A DNA stretch of 64,000 nucleotides. Source: Betaproteobacteria bacterium. Its GTDB lineage: Bacteria; Pseudomonadota; Gammaproteobacteria; Burkholderiales; Burkholderiaceae_D. A program made the position numbers and the translations under genes. The stretch spans positions 4-64,003 of the forward strand of contig VGHX01000002.1 of the NCBI GenBank assembly GCA_016868055.1, written 5' to 3'. The notes under the pieces are model-generated. The model saw only the letters and a list, made by a program, of their open reading frames with translations, ran no database searches and was not told where the DNA came from. Below are positions 1 to 10,340 of this stretch, piece by piece. The number at the start of each line of letters is the position of its first letter. Positions within the stretch are counted from its first letter, which is position 1.

Positions 1-266
1 TTCACGGCCGTCCAAACGTCTGCCAGATTGCCGAAAAAGTTTCCAACGGTACTCTGAATAAACTCGGGAATGGTATTGCTGTAGCCTTTGGCGACCGGCT
101 TGACCAGCACTTGGTCAACGACCTGATTCACGAAAAAAACTTTGCGATTGAAGTTCTCATACGGGTCACGGGGATCAGAGCGATCCGCCATCGGCGTGGC
201 GCAGGCACTCAAGCACAGACACAAGACAACCGCGCTGCACCTGAAAACCGCTTTGGTCGGTATCAT
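1..266 (-). CDS. mlaA: MlaA/VacJ outer-membrane lipoprotein, N-terminal part (gene runs off the window at position 1)
   Basis: Own translation of the minus strand from the ATG at 266 gives MIPTKAVFRCSAVVLCLCLSACATPMADRSDPRDPYENFNRKVFFVNQVVDQVLVKPVAKGYSNTIPEFIQSTVGNFFGNLADVW. It has a lipobox (LSAC) and VacJ-family motifs (DP-x-E-x-FNR, KPVA-x-x-Y, NFF-x-NL). ATGA start/stop overlap with mlaD. Absent from the ORF track because it is truncated by the window edge. Confidence 0.8.
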   Translation of the reverse strand, partial: MIPTKAVFRCSAVVLCLCLSACATPMADRSDPRDPYENFNRKVFFVNQVVDQVLVKPVAKGYSNTIPEFIQSTVGNFFGNLADVWTAV

Positions 267-739
267 TTTTCTTCTCCCTTGCTTCCCTCTGCGGCTTTAC
301 TGAACAAAAACTGGCTAATCAAGTTTTCGAGCACGATGGCCGACTGCGTATTCTTGATTCGGTCGCCTTGGCTAAAACTTTTGTCGTCTGCACCGGGTTC
401 GATCCCGATGTACTGCTCACCCAGTAAACCTGAAGTGAGAATTTTGGCGGCGCTATCGCTCGGAAATTTCACATCTGCCTGCATCCGCAGCAGCACCGTC
501 GCCTGAAAAGTGCGGTCATCAAAACCGATCGATTCAACGCGACCTACCACCACACCCGCGCTTTTCACTGGCGCACGCGGCTTGAGCCCGCCTATGTTAT
601 CGAAACGCGCCACCAGGGTGTAGCTCGGGCCCAAACTCATCGTACTCAGGTTGCCGACTTTGAGCGCGAGAAACAGGATCGCAAGCGCACCCAGCAGCAC
701 GAACAAGCCGACCCATACGTCCAAGGATTTACGTTGCAT
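263..739 (-). CDS. mlaD: MlaD, MCE-domain subunit of the Mla phospholipid transport system
   Basis: 158-aa ORF with an N-terminal TM anchor (VWVGLFVLLGALAILFLAL) followed by an MCE-type domain. Sits directly after mlaF-mlaE on the same strand. Confidence 0.9.
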   Translation of the reverse strand: MQRKSLDVWVGLFVLLGALAILFLALKVGNLSTMSLGPSYTLVARFDNIGGLKPRAPVKSAGVVVGRVESIGFDDRTFQATVLLRMQADVKFPSDSAAKILTSGLLGEQYIGIEPGADDKSFSQGDRIKNTQSAIVLENLISQFLFSKAAEGSKGEEK

Positions 740-751
740 CCGGTTTCCTCT

Positions 752-1528
752 TCAAGAAAACATGAGCGCGGTCAGCAGAAAATCCAACCACAGCACCATC
801 AATGATCCGATCACTACCGTGCGCGTGGTCGCGCGCGCCACTCCCTCGGGCGTTGGTGCCGCTACGTAGCCTTGATAGAGAGCGATAAAGCTTACCGCTA
901 CACCAAACACCACGCTCTTCAGCACGCCATTCCCGATATCAGCCCACAGCTCGACCCCGCCTTGCATCTGCGACCAGAACGCGCCCTCATCAACGCCGAT
1001 CAAGACAACGCCGACGATATAGCCGCCTAGCACACCGACCGCCGAGAACACTGCCGCTAATAGCGGCATGGCAATGACACCGGCCCAAAAGCGCGGCGCC
1101 AGTACGCGGGCCAGCGGATCAACCGCCATCATCTCCATCGCCGCAAGCTGCTCGGTCGCTTTCATCAAGCCAATCTCGGCGGTTAAGGAAGTACCCGCTC
1201 GACCAGCGAATAACAAGGCTGTTACGACAGGTCCCAGCTCGCGCACCAGCGACAAAGCGACCAGCAGCCCTAGCGCCTGCTCGGAGCCATATTTGTTCAA
1301 GGTGTAGTAGCCCTGCAGGCCAAGCACAAAACCGACAAACAAACCGGATACCGCAATGATCACCAGCGAGTAATTGCCGATGAAATGTACCTGATCCGTG
1401 ACCAGCCGCAGGCGCCGTGGCAAGCCGCTACTGGCCCGCAGCATCGCGACCAAGGTACGCATCTGCAAACCGAGGTTGGCGAGCCCGCCCCGAACCTGGC
1501 TACCGATGCTGGCGAGCCAATCCATCAT
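752..1528 (-). CDS. mlaE: MlaE, permease of the Mla ABC transporter
   Basis: 258-aa polytopic membrane ORF of the MlaE/YrbE type. 4-nt overlap with mlaF upstream. Confidence 0.9.
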   Translation of the reverse strand: MMDWLASIGSQVRGGLANLGLQMRTLVAMLRASSGLPRRLRLVTDQVHFIGNYSLVIIAVSGLFVGFVLGLQGYYTLNKYGSEQALGLLVALSLVRELGPVVTALLFAGRAGTSLTAEIGLMKATEQLAAMEMMAVDPLARVLAPRFWAGVIAMPLLAAVFSAVGVLGGYIVGVVLIGVDEGAFWSQMQGGVELWADIGNGVLKSVVFGVAVSFIALYQGYVAAPTPEGVARATTRTVVIGSLMVLWLDFLLTALMFS

Positions 1529-2328
1529 GATTGATTCGTTAACCCCAGCAGCTCGTCAATCGAGCGCCCCGGGTAGTGAAATGGTACCGGTCCATCGGCC
1601 TGGGCATGCACAAACTGCCTGACGTACGGATCATCCGATGCACGCATTTGCTGCGGCGTGCCGTGGGCGACGATGCGACCCTGCGATAAAAAATACACAT
1701 GGTCTGCAATCAAAAATGACTCGTTGACGTCATGCGATACCAGAATCGAGGTCGAACCCAAAGCATCATTCAGCTTTCGAATCAGGTTGGCAGTTACGCC
1801 CATAGAGATGGGATCCAGTCCGGCGAACGGCTCGTCATACATGATCAACTGCGGATCCAGTGCCACCGCACGTGCAAGTGCTACCCGTCGCGCCATACCG
1901 CCGGAAATCTCGCTTGGCTTGAGCGATGCCGCATTTGACAAGCCCACCGCATGCAGTTTCATCAGCACCAGATCATGAATCGCGGACTCGGGCAGCGCGG
2001 TATGCTCGCGCAGCGGGAAGGCGACATTGTCAAACACCGACAGATCGGTGAACAAGGCGCCGTGCTGAAACAGCATGCCCATGCGGCGGCGCAATTGGTA
2101 CAGCGTGGGCTGATCGAGCGCCGCGACCTCTTGGCCATCGACCGTAACGCTACCCGACTGGGCGGTAATCTGGCCACCGATCAGTCGCAACACCGTGGTC
2201 TTGCCGGAACCGGAGCCGCCCATGACGGCAATCACCTTGCCGCGCTCGAACTGCATCGTGAGCCCAGACAGAATAGCGCGCTCGTTGTAGCCAAAGTGCA
2301 GATCGCGGATGTCGACGAAGTGAGACAC
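1525..2328 (-). CDS. mlaF: MlaF, ATPase of the Mla ABC transporter
   Basis: Walker A GGSGSGKTT, ABC signature SGGMARR, Walker B LIMYDEP. GTG start (CAC at 2326-2328 on the plus strand). First gene of the mlaFED-mlaA run. Confidence 0.9.
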   Translation of the reverse strand: MSHFVDIRDLHFGYNERAILSGLTMQFERGKVIAVMGGSGSGKTTVLRLIGGQITAQSGSVTVDGQEVAALDQPTLYQLRRRMGMLFQHGALFTDLSVFDNVAFPLREHTALPESAIHDLVLMKLHAVGLSNAASLKPSEISGGMARRVALARAVALDPQLIMYDEPFAGLDPISMGVTANLIRKLNDALGSTSILVSHDVNESFLIADHVYFLSQGRIVAHGTPQQMRASDDPYVRQFVHAQADGPVPFHYPGRSIDELLGLTNQS

Positions 2329-2454
2329 GTGGGCCGGCAGCGTTGAAAAAGACTTACATTGTAAAACATGAACCCTCCTGCACCGCTCTTGGCCTGACTC
2401 TGAGCGCTGTGGCGGTCAGTGGTATAAACATTCGACCTTGATCATCTGCCTGCT

Positions 2455-2841
2455 ATGAGATTCCACCCACCAACGCTACTGCTACTGATCGGCCTGCTGC
2501 ACGCTAGCGACGCGATGTCGTCCTCAATTGTGTGTGAGGCCGAGTACGGCGCGCGCACCGAGCGCATGCAGGTAGCCGCAGCGCCGGATGCATTCACCTT
2601 TCAAACGGTCACGATTGAAAGCCGCTTCCGCTTTCAAGCGCAGTGGCTGCCTCAGCGACAAAAACTGAAAACCTATCTCTACGAGCGGCGCGGAAAGTCT
2701 TTTGTGTTGCTGCATGCCGCAGAGTACCCGGTGTTACCGAGTACCTGCCCTGCCGCTGGCATAGACTTCGGCTTGAACAAAGTCTACGCGTCCGAGCTTG
2801 AGCGCGAGGTTTTTTACCAGTGCCGGATGCTGTGCGAGTGA
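2455..2841 (+). CDS. Hypothetical small secreted protein with four Cys after the signal peptide
   Basis: 128-aa ORF with an N-terminal signal-like segment (PPTLLLLIGLLHASDA). I recognise no family. The stop lies 3 nt before the next gene, suggesting co-transcription. Confidence 0.5.
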   Translation: MRFHPPTLLLLIGLLHASDAMSSSIVCEAEYGARTERMQVAAAPDAFTFQTVTIESRFRFQAQWLPQRQKLKTYLYERRGKSFVLLHAAEYPVLPSTCPAAGIDFGLNKVYASELEREVFYQCRMLCE

Positions 2842-2844
2842 GCT

Positions 2845-3795
2845 ATGCATAAGTTGATTGCTATTTTTTTGGTCATGGCTTGGTGCAGTCCCGCGCCTGC
2901 GATCGCAGAGGGCGCGGATATCAAGATCGTGTTAGTTGGTGACGTGATGCTGGCCGATGGACCGGGACGATTGATCCGCTTAGGACAAGACCCATTTCGT
3001 CATGTCGCGTCAGCGCTAACGGGTGCAGATATGACTATCGGCAATCTCGAGTGTGTCGTTGCATCTAAAGGCAAACCTGAGATCAAGCCGTACACCTTTC
3101 GCGCGCCGAGGCAATCGCTACGTTTGCTGAAAAAATACTTCAGCGCTGTGTCGCTGGCAAATAATCACCCCGGTGATTTTGGTAAAGGCGCATTCAGCGA
3201 GATGCTGAACCTGCTTGAGCAACATCAGATACCTTACTTTGGTGGTGGCCGACACCTGCGCGCCGCGCACCAAGCGTACATACGCGAGATTCGTGGCAAG
3301 CGCATCGCTATCCTTGGCTACAACGGTTTCTTCCCGCGCAGCTTTGAAGCACTCGACGATGCGCCCGGTATCGCCTGGCTAGACGAAGACATGGTGCAGG
3401 AAGCGATACAACACACTAAACAAGCCCTGGCCGTGGACTTTCTGATTGTTTATCCGCACTGGGGCTGGGAGTATCAGAAACTCGCCTCACCCCGGCAGCG
3501 CCAAATGGCCCGTCTGATGATTGATGCCGGTGCTGACGCAGTGGTCGGCGGACACCCGCATGTGACACAAGATATCGAACTGTATCGGGGCAAGCCGATT
3601 TTTTACAGCCTCGGTAATTTTGTTTTTGATGGGTTTCACGATCGCGACACGCGAACCGGCTGGCTACTGGAATTGCGCTTGAAACAAACGGGCGGCGTGA
3701 GTTGGCGAATCAATGAAGTCAGCATCGATGCCAAAGGCGTGCCGCGTATCGCTGGGGTGATCGAACCAGAAGTCAAGATAGACGCAGAACAGTGA
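2845..3795 (+). CDS. CapA-family (PGA_cap) metallophosphoesterase-like protein with signal peptide
   Basis: 316-aa ORF. Signal peptide MHKLIAIFLVMAWCSPAPAIA. CapA-type blocks VGDVML, GNLE, SLANNH, HWGWEY, GGHPH and SLGNFVFD. Confidence 0.75.
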   Translation: MHKLIAIFLVMAWCSPAPAIAEGADIKIVLVGDVMLADGPGRLIRLGQDPFRHVASALTGADMTIGNLECVVASKGKPEIKPYTFRAPRQSLRLLKKYFSAVSLANNHPGDFGKGAFSEMLNLLEQHQIPYFGGGRHLRAAHQAYIREIRGKRIAILGYNGFFPRSFEALDDAPGIAWLDEDMVQEAIQHTKQALAVDFLIVYPHWGWEYQKLASPRQRQMARLMIDAGADAVVGGHPHVTQDIELYRGKPIFYSLGNFVFDGFHDRDTRTGWLLELRLKQTGGVSWRINEVSIDAKGVPRIAGVIEPEVKIDAEQ

Positions 3796-3887
3796 TCGGC
3801 ATTGACGCAAACCATCGATCACAAACATCAACTACAGGCGCCGAACATATGCGTCAATCGAAAGTAATGATTAACGCCCAATAGCTT

Positions 3888-3931
3888 AGGGCCGATCAGC
3901 GCACCTTGAACCCCGGTGAACCGTCGGCCCT
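3888..3931. repeat. Inverted repeat between the convergent CapA-like gene and gltD; possible bidirectional terminator
   Basis: 8-nt arms AGGGCCGA (3888-3895) and TCGGCCCT (3924-3931) with an inner CACC/GGTG pairing. No clear T-run follows, so the terminator call is weak. Confidence 0.3.
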
Positions 3932-3989
3932 TGTTACATCACGCGATTTTGATTACGCGAATTTCATCGCGCGGATTACAACATGCTGA

Positions 3990-5453
3990 TCAACGCGGCA
4001 GTACCGATTCGCCCATCAGGAATTCATCGACAGCGCGCGCGCACTGCCGGCCCTCGCGAATCGCCCATACCACCAGCGATTGTCCGCGACGCATGTCACC
4101 CGCAGCAAAAACTTTGGGTACCGATGTCTGGTAACAGCCATCGCCATCGGTCGTTGCTTTTGCATTGCCGCGCGCATCCTTGTCGACGGCAAAGGCATCC
4201 AGCACAGGGCTAACCGGCGAGACAAAGCCCATCGCCAGCAATACCAAGTCGGCTTTCATCTCGAATTCGGAATCAGGCACCTCGACCATCTTGCCATCTT
4301 TCCATTCAACTCGCGCAGCAATCAACTTCTCTACCTTGCCATTCTTGCCTTCGAGGCGCTTGGTGGCCACTGCCCAATCGCGCTCGCATCCTTCTTCGTG
4401 CGACGAAGAGGTGCGCAGCTTGGTGGGCCAGTAAGGCCATACCAGCGGTTTGTTTTCTTGCTCGGGCGGCATCGGTAGCAATTCGAACTGCGTCACCGAC
4501 GCAGCGCCATGACGATTCGAGGTGCCAACGCAGTCCGAACCGGTATCGCCGCCACCAATCACCACCACGTGCTTGCCGCTTGCCTTGATCTGCTCCTTGA
4601 GATGGTCACCTGCATTGACGCGATTTTGCTGCGGTAAAAAATCCATCGCGAAATGCACACCATCGAGCTCGCGGCCTGGTACCGGCAGATCACGCGGTTG
4701 CTCAGCGCCACCAGAGATGATGACCGCATCGAATTCTTGTTGCAGCTGTTCTGGCGACATCGTTTCTTTTGCCAGACTCATGATGTGCTGTGGGAGATCT
4801 TTACCGACCAGTACGCCGGTACGGAAATGCACACCCTCGGCTTTCATCTGCTCAACCCGGCGATCGATATGCGACTTCTCCATCTTGAAATCAGGAATAC
4901 CGTAACGCAGTAGTCCGCCGACGCGGTCATTTTTTTCGAACACGGTTACATCGTGGCCCACCCGCGCCAGCTGCTGCGCAGCGGCCAGCCCTGCAGGACC
5001 AGCGCCAACCACGGCCACTTTCTTACCTGTTTTTACCGACGGCGGCTGCGGTACTACCCAGCCATTTTCCCAACCCTTATCGATGATGAAGTGCTCAATC
5101 GACTTTATACCCACCGGATCATCATTAATGCCGAGCGTGCATGCGGACTCGCACGGCGCAGGACAGATACGGCCAGTGAACTCGGGGAAGTTATTGGTCG
5201 AGTGCAGCACATCGAGCGCTTCGCGGTAATTACCGCGATATACCAAGTCATTCCAGTCCGGGATGATGTTGTTGACCGGGCAGCCCGTATTACAAAACGG
5301 AATACCGCAATCCATGCAACGTGCGCCTTGTGTCTTGGCATCCGCATCCGACAAGTGCAACACAAATTCCTTGTAGTGCTTCAGTCGCGCGCCCGGCGCT
5401 TCACTCGCCTCTTGCAGACGCTGGTACTCCAGAAAACCCGTAACTTTTCCCAT
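3990..5453 (-). CDS. gltD: Glutamate synthase (NADPH) small subunit
   Basis: 487-aa ORF. Fe-S Cys clusters CMDCGIPFC and CPAPCESAC. Dinucleotide-binding motifs [12 protein letters not shown] and [10 protein letters not shown]. Lies immediately downstream of gltB. Confidence 0.95.
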   Translation of the reverse strand: MGKVTGFLEYQRLQEASEAPGARLKHYKEFVLHLSDADAKTQGARCMDCGIPFCNTGCPVNNIIPDWNDLVYRGNYREALDVLHSTNNFPEFTGRICPAPCESACTLGINDDPVGIKSIEHFIIDKGWENGWVVPQPPSVKTGKKVAVVGAGPAGLAAAQQLARVGHDVTVFEKNDRVGGLLRYGIPDFKMEKSHIDRRVEQMKAEGVHFRTGVLVGKDLPQHIMSLAKETMSPEQLQQEFDAVIISGGAEQPRDLPVPGRELDGVHFAMDFLPQQNRVNAGDHLKEQIKASGKHVVVIGGGDTGSDCVGTSNRHGAASVTQFELLPMPPEQENKPLVWPYWPTKLRTSSSHEEGCERDWAVATKRLEGKNGKVEKLIAARVEWKDGKMVEVPDSEFEMKADLVLLAMGFVSPVSPVLDAFAVDKDARGNAKATTDGDGCYQTSVPKVFAAGDMRRGQSLVVWAIREGRQCARAVDEFLMGESVLPR

Positions 5454-5470
5454 GATGTTCTTCTCTATGC

Positions 5471-8400
5471 TTAAGCAGTGGTTTTTTCTTTGGCCTTGTC
5501 AGCACTGGCAAACATTTCACCCAGCGCACGTTTGTATTCAGTTGGGAATACCTTGACGAATTTGCTGCGTACGTTTGACCAGTCGTCGAGCAAGGTACGC
5601 GCGCGCGTGGAGCCGGTGTACTTGAAGTGGCGCTCGATCAGGGATTTCAGAATCACTTCGTCGGCCTGACGCTCGCCACCCCGGGTCGTGCTGTGCCATG
5701 CCGCCTTACCCACGGTAGTTTCTTGCTCAGCACTCGACAGCACATGATCCAGTGCCACCATCGCCAGGTTGCATTTGGCACTGAAGCTACCATCTTCGTC
5801 ATACACATACGCAATGCCACCAGACATCCCCGCCGCAAAATTACGGCCGGTATTGCCAAGCACGACCACGGTACCGCCGGTCATGTACTCGCAACCGTGA
5901 TCACCCGTACCCTCAACCACCGTCACTGCACCCGAGTTACGCACAGCAAAGCGCTCGCCGGCGACGCCATTGAAGAAAGCCTCGCCAGCAATGGCACCGT
6001 ACAACACGGTATTGCCGACGATGATGTTGTCGACTGCCCAGCCACGGAATTCGGTATTCGGGCGCACGATGATGCGACCACCCGACAAACCTTTGCCCAC
6101 ATAGTCATTGCCTTCGCCGACCAGATCAAAGGTCACGCCGTGCGCGAGGAAGGCACCGAACGACTGTCCCGCCGTGCCTTGCAGCTGAATATGAATCGTG
6201 TCGTCCGGTAAGCCCTCATGCCCGTAGCGCTTGGCCACCTCGCCCGACAGCATGGCGCCTGCGGTCCGGTTGACGTTGCGGATCGGGGAGATAAACGACA
6301 CTTTCTCGCCACGTTCGATCGCTGGTTTGGCTTGTGCGATCAGCTTGTGATCCAACGCCTTGTCCAAACCATGATCCTGAACCTCGGCATGATGGCGCGG
6401 CTGATCACTGACTTCCGGCATGTAGAAAATTTTGCTGAAATCCAGACCCTTGGCTTTCCAGTGACTAACCGCTCTCGACTTATCGAGTAAGTCGGCGCGA
6501 CCGATCAATTCCTCGAAGCTGCGAATGCCCAGCTGCGCCATGATCTGGCGCGCTTCTTCCGCGACGAAGAAGAAGTAATTGACGACATGCTCCGGCTTGC
6601 CCTGGAATTTCGCGCGCAGTACCGGGTCTTGTGTCGCGACACCGACTGGACAGGTGTTGAGGTGACACTTGCGCATCATGATGCAGCCCTCAACCACCAG
6701 CGGCGCCGTCGCAAAACCAAATTCATCAGCGCCGAGCAAAGCGCCAATCACCACATCGCGACCGGTTTTGAGTTGGCCATCCGTTTGGACACGAATGCGT
6801 CCACGCAAACCGTTCAGCACCAGGGTTTGCTGCGTCTCTGCCAACCCCAGCTCCCACGGGGTACCTGCGTGTTTGATGGATGACAGTGGTGAAGCACCGG
6901 TACCACCGTCATAGCCAGCGATCACGGCATGGTCTGCTTTCGCCTTTGCGACACCGGCCGCCACCGTACCAACACCCACCTCGGATACCAACTTTACCGA
7001 GATATCGGCTTTCGGGTTCACGTTTTTAAGATCGTGAATCAGCTGCGCCAAATCTTCGATCGAGTAAATATCGTGATGCGGTGGCGGAGAGATCAGGCCA
7101 ACACCAGGCACTGAGAAGCGTAGCTTGGCGATGTACTCCGAGACTTTATGTCCGGGCAGCTGACCGCCCTCACCCGGCTTGGCGCCTTGGGCCATCTTGA
7201 TCTGAATCTGATCGGCCGATGTCAGGTACTCGGTGGTCACACCAAAGCGACCGGAAGCGACCTGTTTGATCTTGGAGCGTAACGAGTCGCCCTCTTGCAG
7301 CGCGATATCTTTCTCGACACGATCCTTGCCGATAATGGTGGCCAGGGTATCGCCTTGCTTGATCTTGATGCCGCGCAGTTCATTGCGATAACGCGCGTCG
7401 TCCTCGCCTCCCTCTCCCGTGTTCGATTTGCCACCGATACGGTTCATGGCAATCGCCAAGGTCGAATGCGCCTCGGTGGAAATCGAGCCGAGTGACATCG
7501 CACCGGTCGCAAAGCGCTTGACGATGTCTTTTGCAGGCTCGACCTCGTCGATGGGAATCGCCTTCGCCGGATCAATCTTGAACTCGAACAGACCGCGCAG
7601 CGTCATGTGACGCGTCGACTGATCGTTGATAATTTGCGCGTACTCTTTGTAAGTGCTGAAGTTATTTGCACGCGTTGAGTGCTGTAGCTTGGCGATCGCA
7701 TCCGGCGTCCACATGTGCTCCTCGCCGCGCACGCGGAAGGCATACTCACCGCCGGCGTCCAACGCATTCGCCAGCACGGGATCAGTACCAAAAGCCTCGC
7801 GATGCAAACGCAGAGCCTCTTCCGCGATTTCAAACACGCCGATACCCTCGACATTCGATGCAGTGCCTTTGAAGTATTTATCGACCATGGCTTTGTTGAG
7901 CCCGATCGCTTCAAAGATTTGCGCGCCGCAGTACGACATGTAGGTTGAGATACCCATCTTCGAGAAAACTTTCAGCAAACCTTTGCCGACCGCTTTCTGG
8001 AAGTTATAGATGGCTTTGTCTGCTGACAGATCACCTGACAAATCTTTCGCCATCTCTACCAAGGTATCGAGTGCGAGGTAGGGATGCACCGCCTCGGCGC
8101 CGTAGCCGGCCAGTAACGCGAAGTGATGCGTCTCGCGCACGGAGCCGGTTTCGACGACCAAGCCGGTTGAAGTGCGCAAGCCTTTACTCACCAAGTGCTG
8201 GTGCACCGCAGACGTTGCGAGCAGGGCCGGGATCGGCACGTTATGTTTGTCCACACCACGATCCGACAAGATCAGGATGTTATGGCCCGAACGCACCGCG
8301 TCCACGGCTTGCGCGCACAGCGAGGCCAGGCGCGCCTCAATACCCTCTTTACCCCAATCAACCGGGTAGCAAATATCAATTTCATACGAGCGGAACTTGC

Positions 8401-10150
8401 CGCCGGTGTGAGCGCTGATGTGGCGCAGCCGTGTGATGTCTTTGTAATCGAGGATAGGCTGCGACACCTCGAGACGCATCGGTGGATTGATATTGTTGGT
8501 GTCGAGCGGGTTCGGCTTCGGACCGATGAACGACACCAACGACATCACCATCGCCTCACGGATCGGGTCGATCGGCGGGTTCGTCACCTGCGCAAACAGC
8601 TGCTTGAAGTAGGTATAGATCGGTTTATTTTTGTTTGACATCACCGCCAGCGGCGAGTCATTGCCCATCGAGCCGGTCGCTTCTTCTGCGCCGACCGCCA
8701 TTGGCGCCATCAAGAATTTCAAATCTTCCTGGGTATAACCGAAAGCCTGCTGACGATCGAGCAGCGAGGCCTTTTCGAAGCGCGTCTCGGGATCGGTGGT
8801 GAGTTCATCCAATTTGATGCGCACCGATTCAATCCATTGCTTGTAGGGCTTGGCGTTGGCGTAGGTATCTTTCAGTTCTTTATCGTCGATGATGCGACCC
8901 GCTTCCAGGTCGATCAGGAACATCTTGCCTGGTTGCAGGCGCCACTTCTTAACGATCTTGGAATCAGGTATGGGCAACACGCCGGATTCCGACGCCATCA
9001 CCACGTAATCATCATCCGTCACCAAGTAGCGCGCCGGGCGCAAGCCATTACGATCAAGTGTGCCGCCGATGTGGCGGCCATCGGTGAAGGCCATTGCTGC
9101 CGGACCATCCCACGGCTCCATCATCGCTGCGTGATATTCGTAAAACGCGCGACGGTTGTCATCCATCAGCGTGTGGTTTTCCCACGCCTCTGGAATCATC
9201 ATCATCATCGCCTGTGCGATGGGATAGCCGGCCATCACTAACAGCTCGAGCGCATTATCGAAACACGCGGTGTCGGATTGGCCTTCATAGATCAACGGGA
9301 AAAGCTTCTTCAGGTCGTCACCTAAAACAGCAGACTTCATCACGCCTTCGCGCGCACGCATCCAATTGAAGTTACCTTTCACCGTGTTGATTTCGCCGTT
9401 ATGCGCGATCAGACGGTAAGGGTGGGCCAACGGCCACTCGGGGAACGTATTGGTAGAGAAGCGTTGATGCACCAGTGCCAGCGCCGAGACGCAACGCGGA
9501 TCTTGCAAGTCTTTAAAATAAACACCGACCTGATCGGCCAGCAGCAAGCCTTTGTAGACGACGGTGCGCGCCGACATCGAGGGCACAAAGAATTCTTTTC
9601 CGTGCAGCAGATCCAAGCCCTGGATGGCGTGTCCCGAGGATTTTCGAATGACATAGAGCTTTCGCTCGAGCGCGTCGGTGACCATGATGTCTTGGCCACG
9701 CCCGATGAAAATCTGACGAATCACTGGTTCTTTGTCGCGTACCGTGGGCGACATCGGCATATCGCGATTGACCGGTACATCACGCCAGCCCAGCACCACC
9801 TGACCCTCGGCATGCACTGAGCGCTCGATCTCTTGCTCGCAGGCGATGCGGGAGGCCTGCTCCTTCGGCAAGAAGATCATGCCAACGCCGTACTCGCCGG
9901 GCGGCGGCAGCACCACGCCTTGCTTCGACATTTCCTCGCGGTAAAAAGCATCCGGGATTTGAATCAGGATGCCAGCACCATCGCCCATCAGCGCGTCGGC
10001 ACCGACGGCGCCGCGATGATCAAGGTTTTTCAGAATTAACAGGCCTTGTTCGATAATCGAATGGCTCTTTTGGCCTTTGATCTGAGCGATAAACCCGACG
10101 CCGCAGGCATCATGCTCGTTGTTGGGGTCGTAAAGGCCTTGCGCTTGCAT
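5471..10150 (-). CDS. gltB: Glutamate synthase large subunit
   Basis: Giant ORF with the N-terminal amidotransferase nucleophile context (HDACGVGF), an FMN/Fe-S central domain and a C-terminal GXGXG-repeat domain. The ORF track starts at 10231. I place the start at the in-frame ATG at 10150 (CAT at 10148-10150), giving [20 protein letters not shown]. Confidence 0.95.
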   Translation of the reverse strand: MQAQGLYDPNNEHDACGVGFIAQIKGQKSHSIIEQGLLILKNLDHRGAVGADALMGDGAGILIQIPDAFYREEMSKQGVVLPPPGEYGVGMIFLPKEQASRIACEQEIERSVHAEGQVVLGWRDVPVNRDMPMSPTVRDKEPVIRQIFIGRGQDIMVTDALERKLYVIRKSSGHAIQGLDLLHGKEFFVPSMSARTVVYKGLLLADQVGVYFKDLQDPRCVSALALVHQRFSTNTFPEWPLAHPYRLIAHNGEINTVKGNFNWMRAREGVMKSAVLGDDLKKLFPLIYEGQSDTACFDNALELLVMAGYPIAQAMMMMIPEAWENHTLMDDNRRAFYEYHAAMMEPWDGPAAMAFTDGRHIGGTLDRNGLRPARYLVTDDDYVVMASESGVLPIPDSKIVKKWRLQPGKMFLIDLEAGRIIDDKELKDTYANAKPYKQWIESVRIKLDELTTDPETRFEKASLLDRQQAFGYTQEDLKFLMAPMAVGAEEATGSMGNDSPLAVMSNKNKPIYTYFKQLFAQVTNPPIDPIREAMVMSLVSFIGPKPNPLDTNNINPPMRLEVSQPILDYKDITRLRHISAHTGGKFRSYEIDICYPVDWGKEGIEARLASLCAQAVDAVRSGHNILILSDRGVDKHNVPIPALLATSAVHQHLVSKGLRTSTGLVVETGSVRETHHFALLAGYGAEAVHPYLALDTLVEMAKDLSGDLSADKAIYNFQKAVGKGLLKVFSKMGISTYMSYCGAQIFEAIGLNKAMVDKYFKGTASNVEGIGVFEIAEEALRLHREAFGTDPVLANALDAGGEYAFRVRGEEHMWTPDAIAKLQHSTRANNFSTYKEYAQIINDQSTRHMTLRGLFEFKIDPAKAIPIDEVEPAKDIVKRFATGAMSLGSISTEAHSTLAIAMNRIGGKSNTGEGGEDDARYRNELRGIKIKQGDTLATIIGKDRVEKDIALQEGDSLRSKIKQVASGRFGVTTEYLTSADQIQIKMAQGAKPGEGGQLPGHKVSEYIAKLRFSVPGVGLISPPPHHDIYSIEDLAQLIHDLKNVNPKADISVKLVSEVGVGTVAAGVAKAKADHAVIAGYDGGTGASPLSSIKHAGTPWELGLAETQQTLVLNGLRGRIRVQTDGQLKTGRDVVIGALLGADEFGFATAPLVVEGCIMMRKCHLNTCPVGVATQDPVLRAKFQGKPEHVVNYFFFVAEEARQIMAQLGIRSFEELIGRADLLDKSRAVSHWKAKGLDFSKIFYMPEVSDQPRHHAEVQDHGLDKALDHKLIAQAKPAIERGEKVSFISPIRNVNRTAGAMLSGEVAKRYGHEGLPDDTIHIQLQGTAGQSFGAFLAHGVTFDLVGEGNDYVGKGLSGGRIIVRPNTEFRGWAVDNIIVGNTVLYGAIAGEAFFNGVAGERFAVRNSGAVTVVEGTGDHGCEYMTGGTVVVLGNTGRNFAAGMSGGIAYVYDEDGSFSAKCNLAMVALDHVLSSAEQETTVGKAAWHSTTRGGERQADEVILKSLIERHFKYTGSTRARTLLDDWSNVRSKFVKVFPTEYKRALGEMFASADKAKEKTTA

Positions 10151-10183
10151 GGCAGCACTCCGAAAAATTGCTTGGGGTCGAAG

Positions 10184-10212
10184 AGGATAGTGCAATGCAA
10201 TAAACGGTTCAA
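10184..10212 (-). promoter_or_regulatory. Candidate sigma70-type promoter for gltBD
   Basis: The minus strand reads TTGAAC, a 17-nt spacer, then TATCCT (plus-strand GTTCAA at 10207-10212, AGGATA at 10184-10189). The -10 hexamer ends about 33 nt upstream of the gltB ATG. Pattern match only. Confidence 0.25.
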
Positions 10213-10340
10213 CCGAAATATTTAGGGTCAAAACCTAATTAAATTGCGGCGCTCACGCCCACCCAATAAATTGGGGACACATCATTGTGTGTCGCTTACC
10301 CAACTCACATCCGCCCGAGATCCGGCGCTGTGTCACTGCG

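Noticed and set aside
5478-10039. Many plus-strand ORFs of 60-190 aa lie antisense to gltB (for example 5627..6211, 8195..8638, 8837..9241, 9401..9820).
   Set aside because: They lie wholly inside a strongly supported 1559-aa gene on the other strand. Their Arg/His/Ala-rich low-complexity translations are typical of shadow frames in GC-rich DNA, and they lack SD sequences and family motifs.
10276-10293. An inverted repeat GACACA-N6-TGTGTC, with an adjacent CCCAAT..ATTGGG mini-palindrome, lies between the RAYT-like gene and gltB. I considered it as a REP element or an operator.
   Set aside because: The arms are short at 6 bp, it is a single copy in the window, there is no GTAG-type flank, and nothing links it to the RAYT-like gene. 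It could equally be a weak terminator, so it is not reported as a feature.
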